A DNA stretch of 62,761 nt, counting the filler, from Perkinsus olseni (taxonomy: Eukaryota): assembly GCA_013115125.1 (NCBI GenBank). It is 6 parts of 6 records of this genome, joined end to end, with 100 filler letters (N's around TTAATTAATTAA, not from the genome) between each part and the next. Parts side by side here need not be neighbours in the genome. Positions count along the whole stretch, not along the records: positions 52,402 to 62,761 come from JABANN010000884.1; 5 more parts are not named here. The stretch is one strand, 5' to 3'. Positions 62,104-62,761 of this stretch are shown here, one piece after another. The notes beneath the pieces were generated by a model. The model ran no database searches and was not told the origin of the DNA. It worked only from the letters and a program-made list of their open reading frames with translations. Numbering within the stretch: the first letter of the stretch is position 1; each line of letters opens with the position of its first letter. The position numbers and the translations under genes were made by a program.

Positions 62104-62761
62104 ATCCTATTATAATTGACATCAGGATATTCTGTTGAATATCAAACTAAATACCCTTCTGTGGTTCTTATATAAATTATTACCAAAGCTATATTATAGC
62201 AATGTTTCAAGAATAGATTCCGAGCTCGGGGTTTGTGTTGAGTCTTAGTTGAGCCTGGATGCCGTATCACAAAACATGATGGGCTGAATGGCGGGGTAAT
62301 AGGGCTATTGCTTCACATAGCCCCAAATGAGTCTAAATATATCGTCTTATTCAGCCTTATTTAGCTTCGACGGCCTTGGACCTACGATCCCAATAGAAGG
62401 CCTCGTGATCACCGCATGTTATGTGGTGTGTATCATCACGTATCACCACGGAATCTGGAGACAACTGCGGCAACCAGTTGGCAAGACTCAGTGTCCATGA
62501 CGCTGAAGAGCTCCTGGTCATCCACCTTAACAGAGTGAACAACCCGTAATGAGTTTTGTATTCGTGAGCGATTCCTAGATCCAGACCTCGCCAAGATCCT
62601 TCTTGGACGACGATCTTGGATGGTCCATCCACAAGATGGAAATAGGTGACGATAAACTTGACGATAGACTTGACGATAGAGTTGACGACGTACAGTGTGT
62701 GCCATTTTGATATGCAAATCGCTAAAATTGAGATAACTCTGTTGGTACGAAGCTTTGACAT

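Overview
Eukaryotic, intron-rich DNA. Short GT-AG introns, gene content and repeat style suggest an alveolate protist of the Perkinsus type (inference, not proven). The window is six unrelated contigs of about 10.4 kb, joined by artificial N44-TTAATTAATTAA-N44 linkers, so adjacency across linkers is meaningless. Contig 1 holds four paralogues of an unknown, probably secreted protein family, a fucosyltransferase-like gene and a tRNA-Ala. Contig 2 holds a hAT-like transposase, a P1B Cu-ATPase and a DnaJ membrane protein. Contig 3 is a nest of Ty3/gypsy remnants plus one open gag-pol with a -1 frameshift signal. It is invaded by non-autonomous TIR transposons with 15-bp-period TGTACGA ladders; two have exact 8-bp TSDs and two carry tRNA-like (Pol III box) cassettes. 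Contig 4 holds a Rab escort protein, three tandem PB1 genes including a p62/NBR1-like PB1-ZZ-ZZ-AIM-UBA-like protein, and a Cys/Met-rich repeat protein. Contig 5 is an AT-rich, microsatellite-laden block (Rtf2, CEPT-like, CTF18, subtilisin). Contig 6 holds a cyclin, SmB, RPA2 and a PB1 protein with three UBA-like repeats. Best novelty candidates: the laddered TIR transposons with tRNA-like cassettes, the expanded PB1/AIM/UBA-like family, and the signal-peptide plus basic-patch paralogue family. Outer limits of multi-exon genes are approximate.
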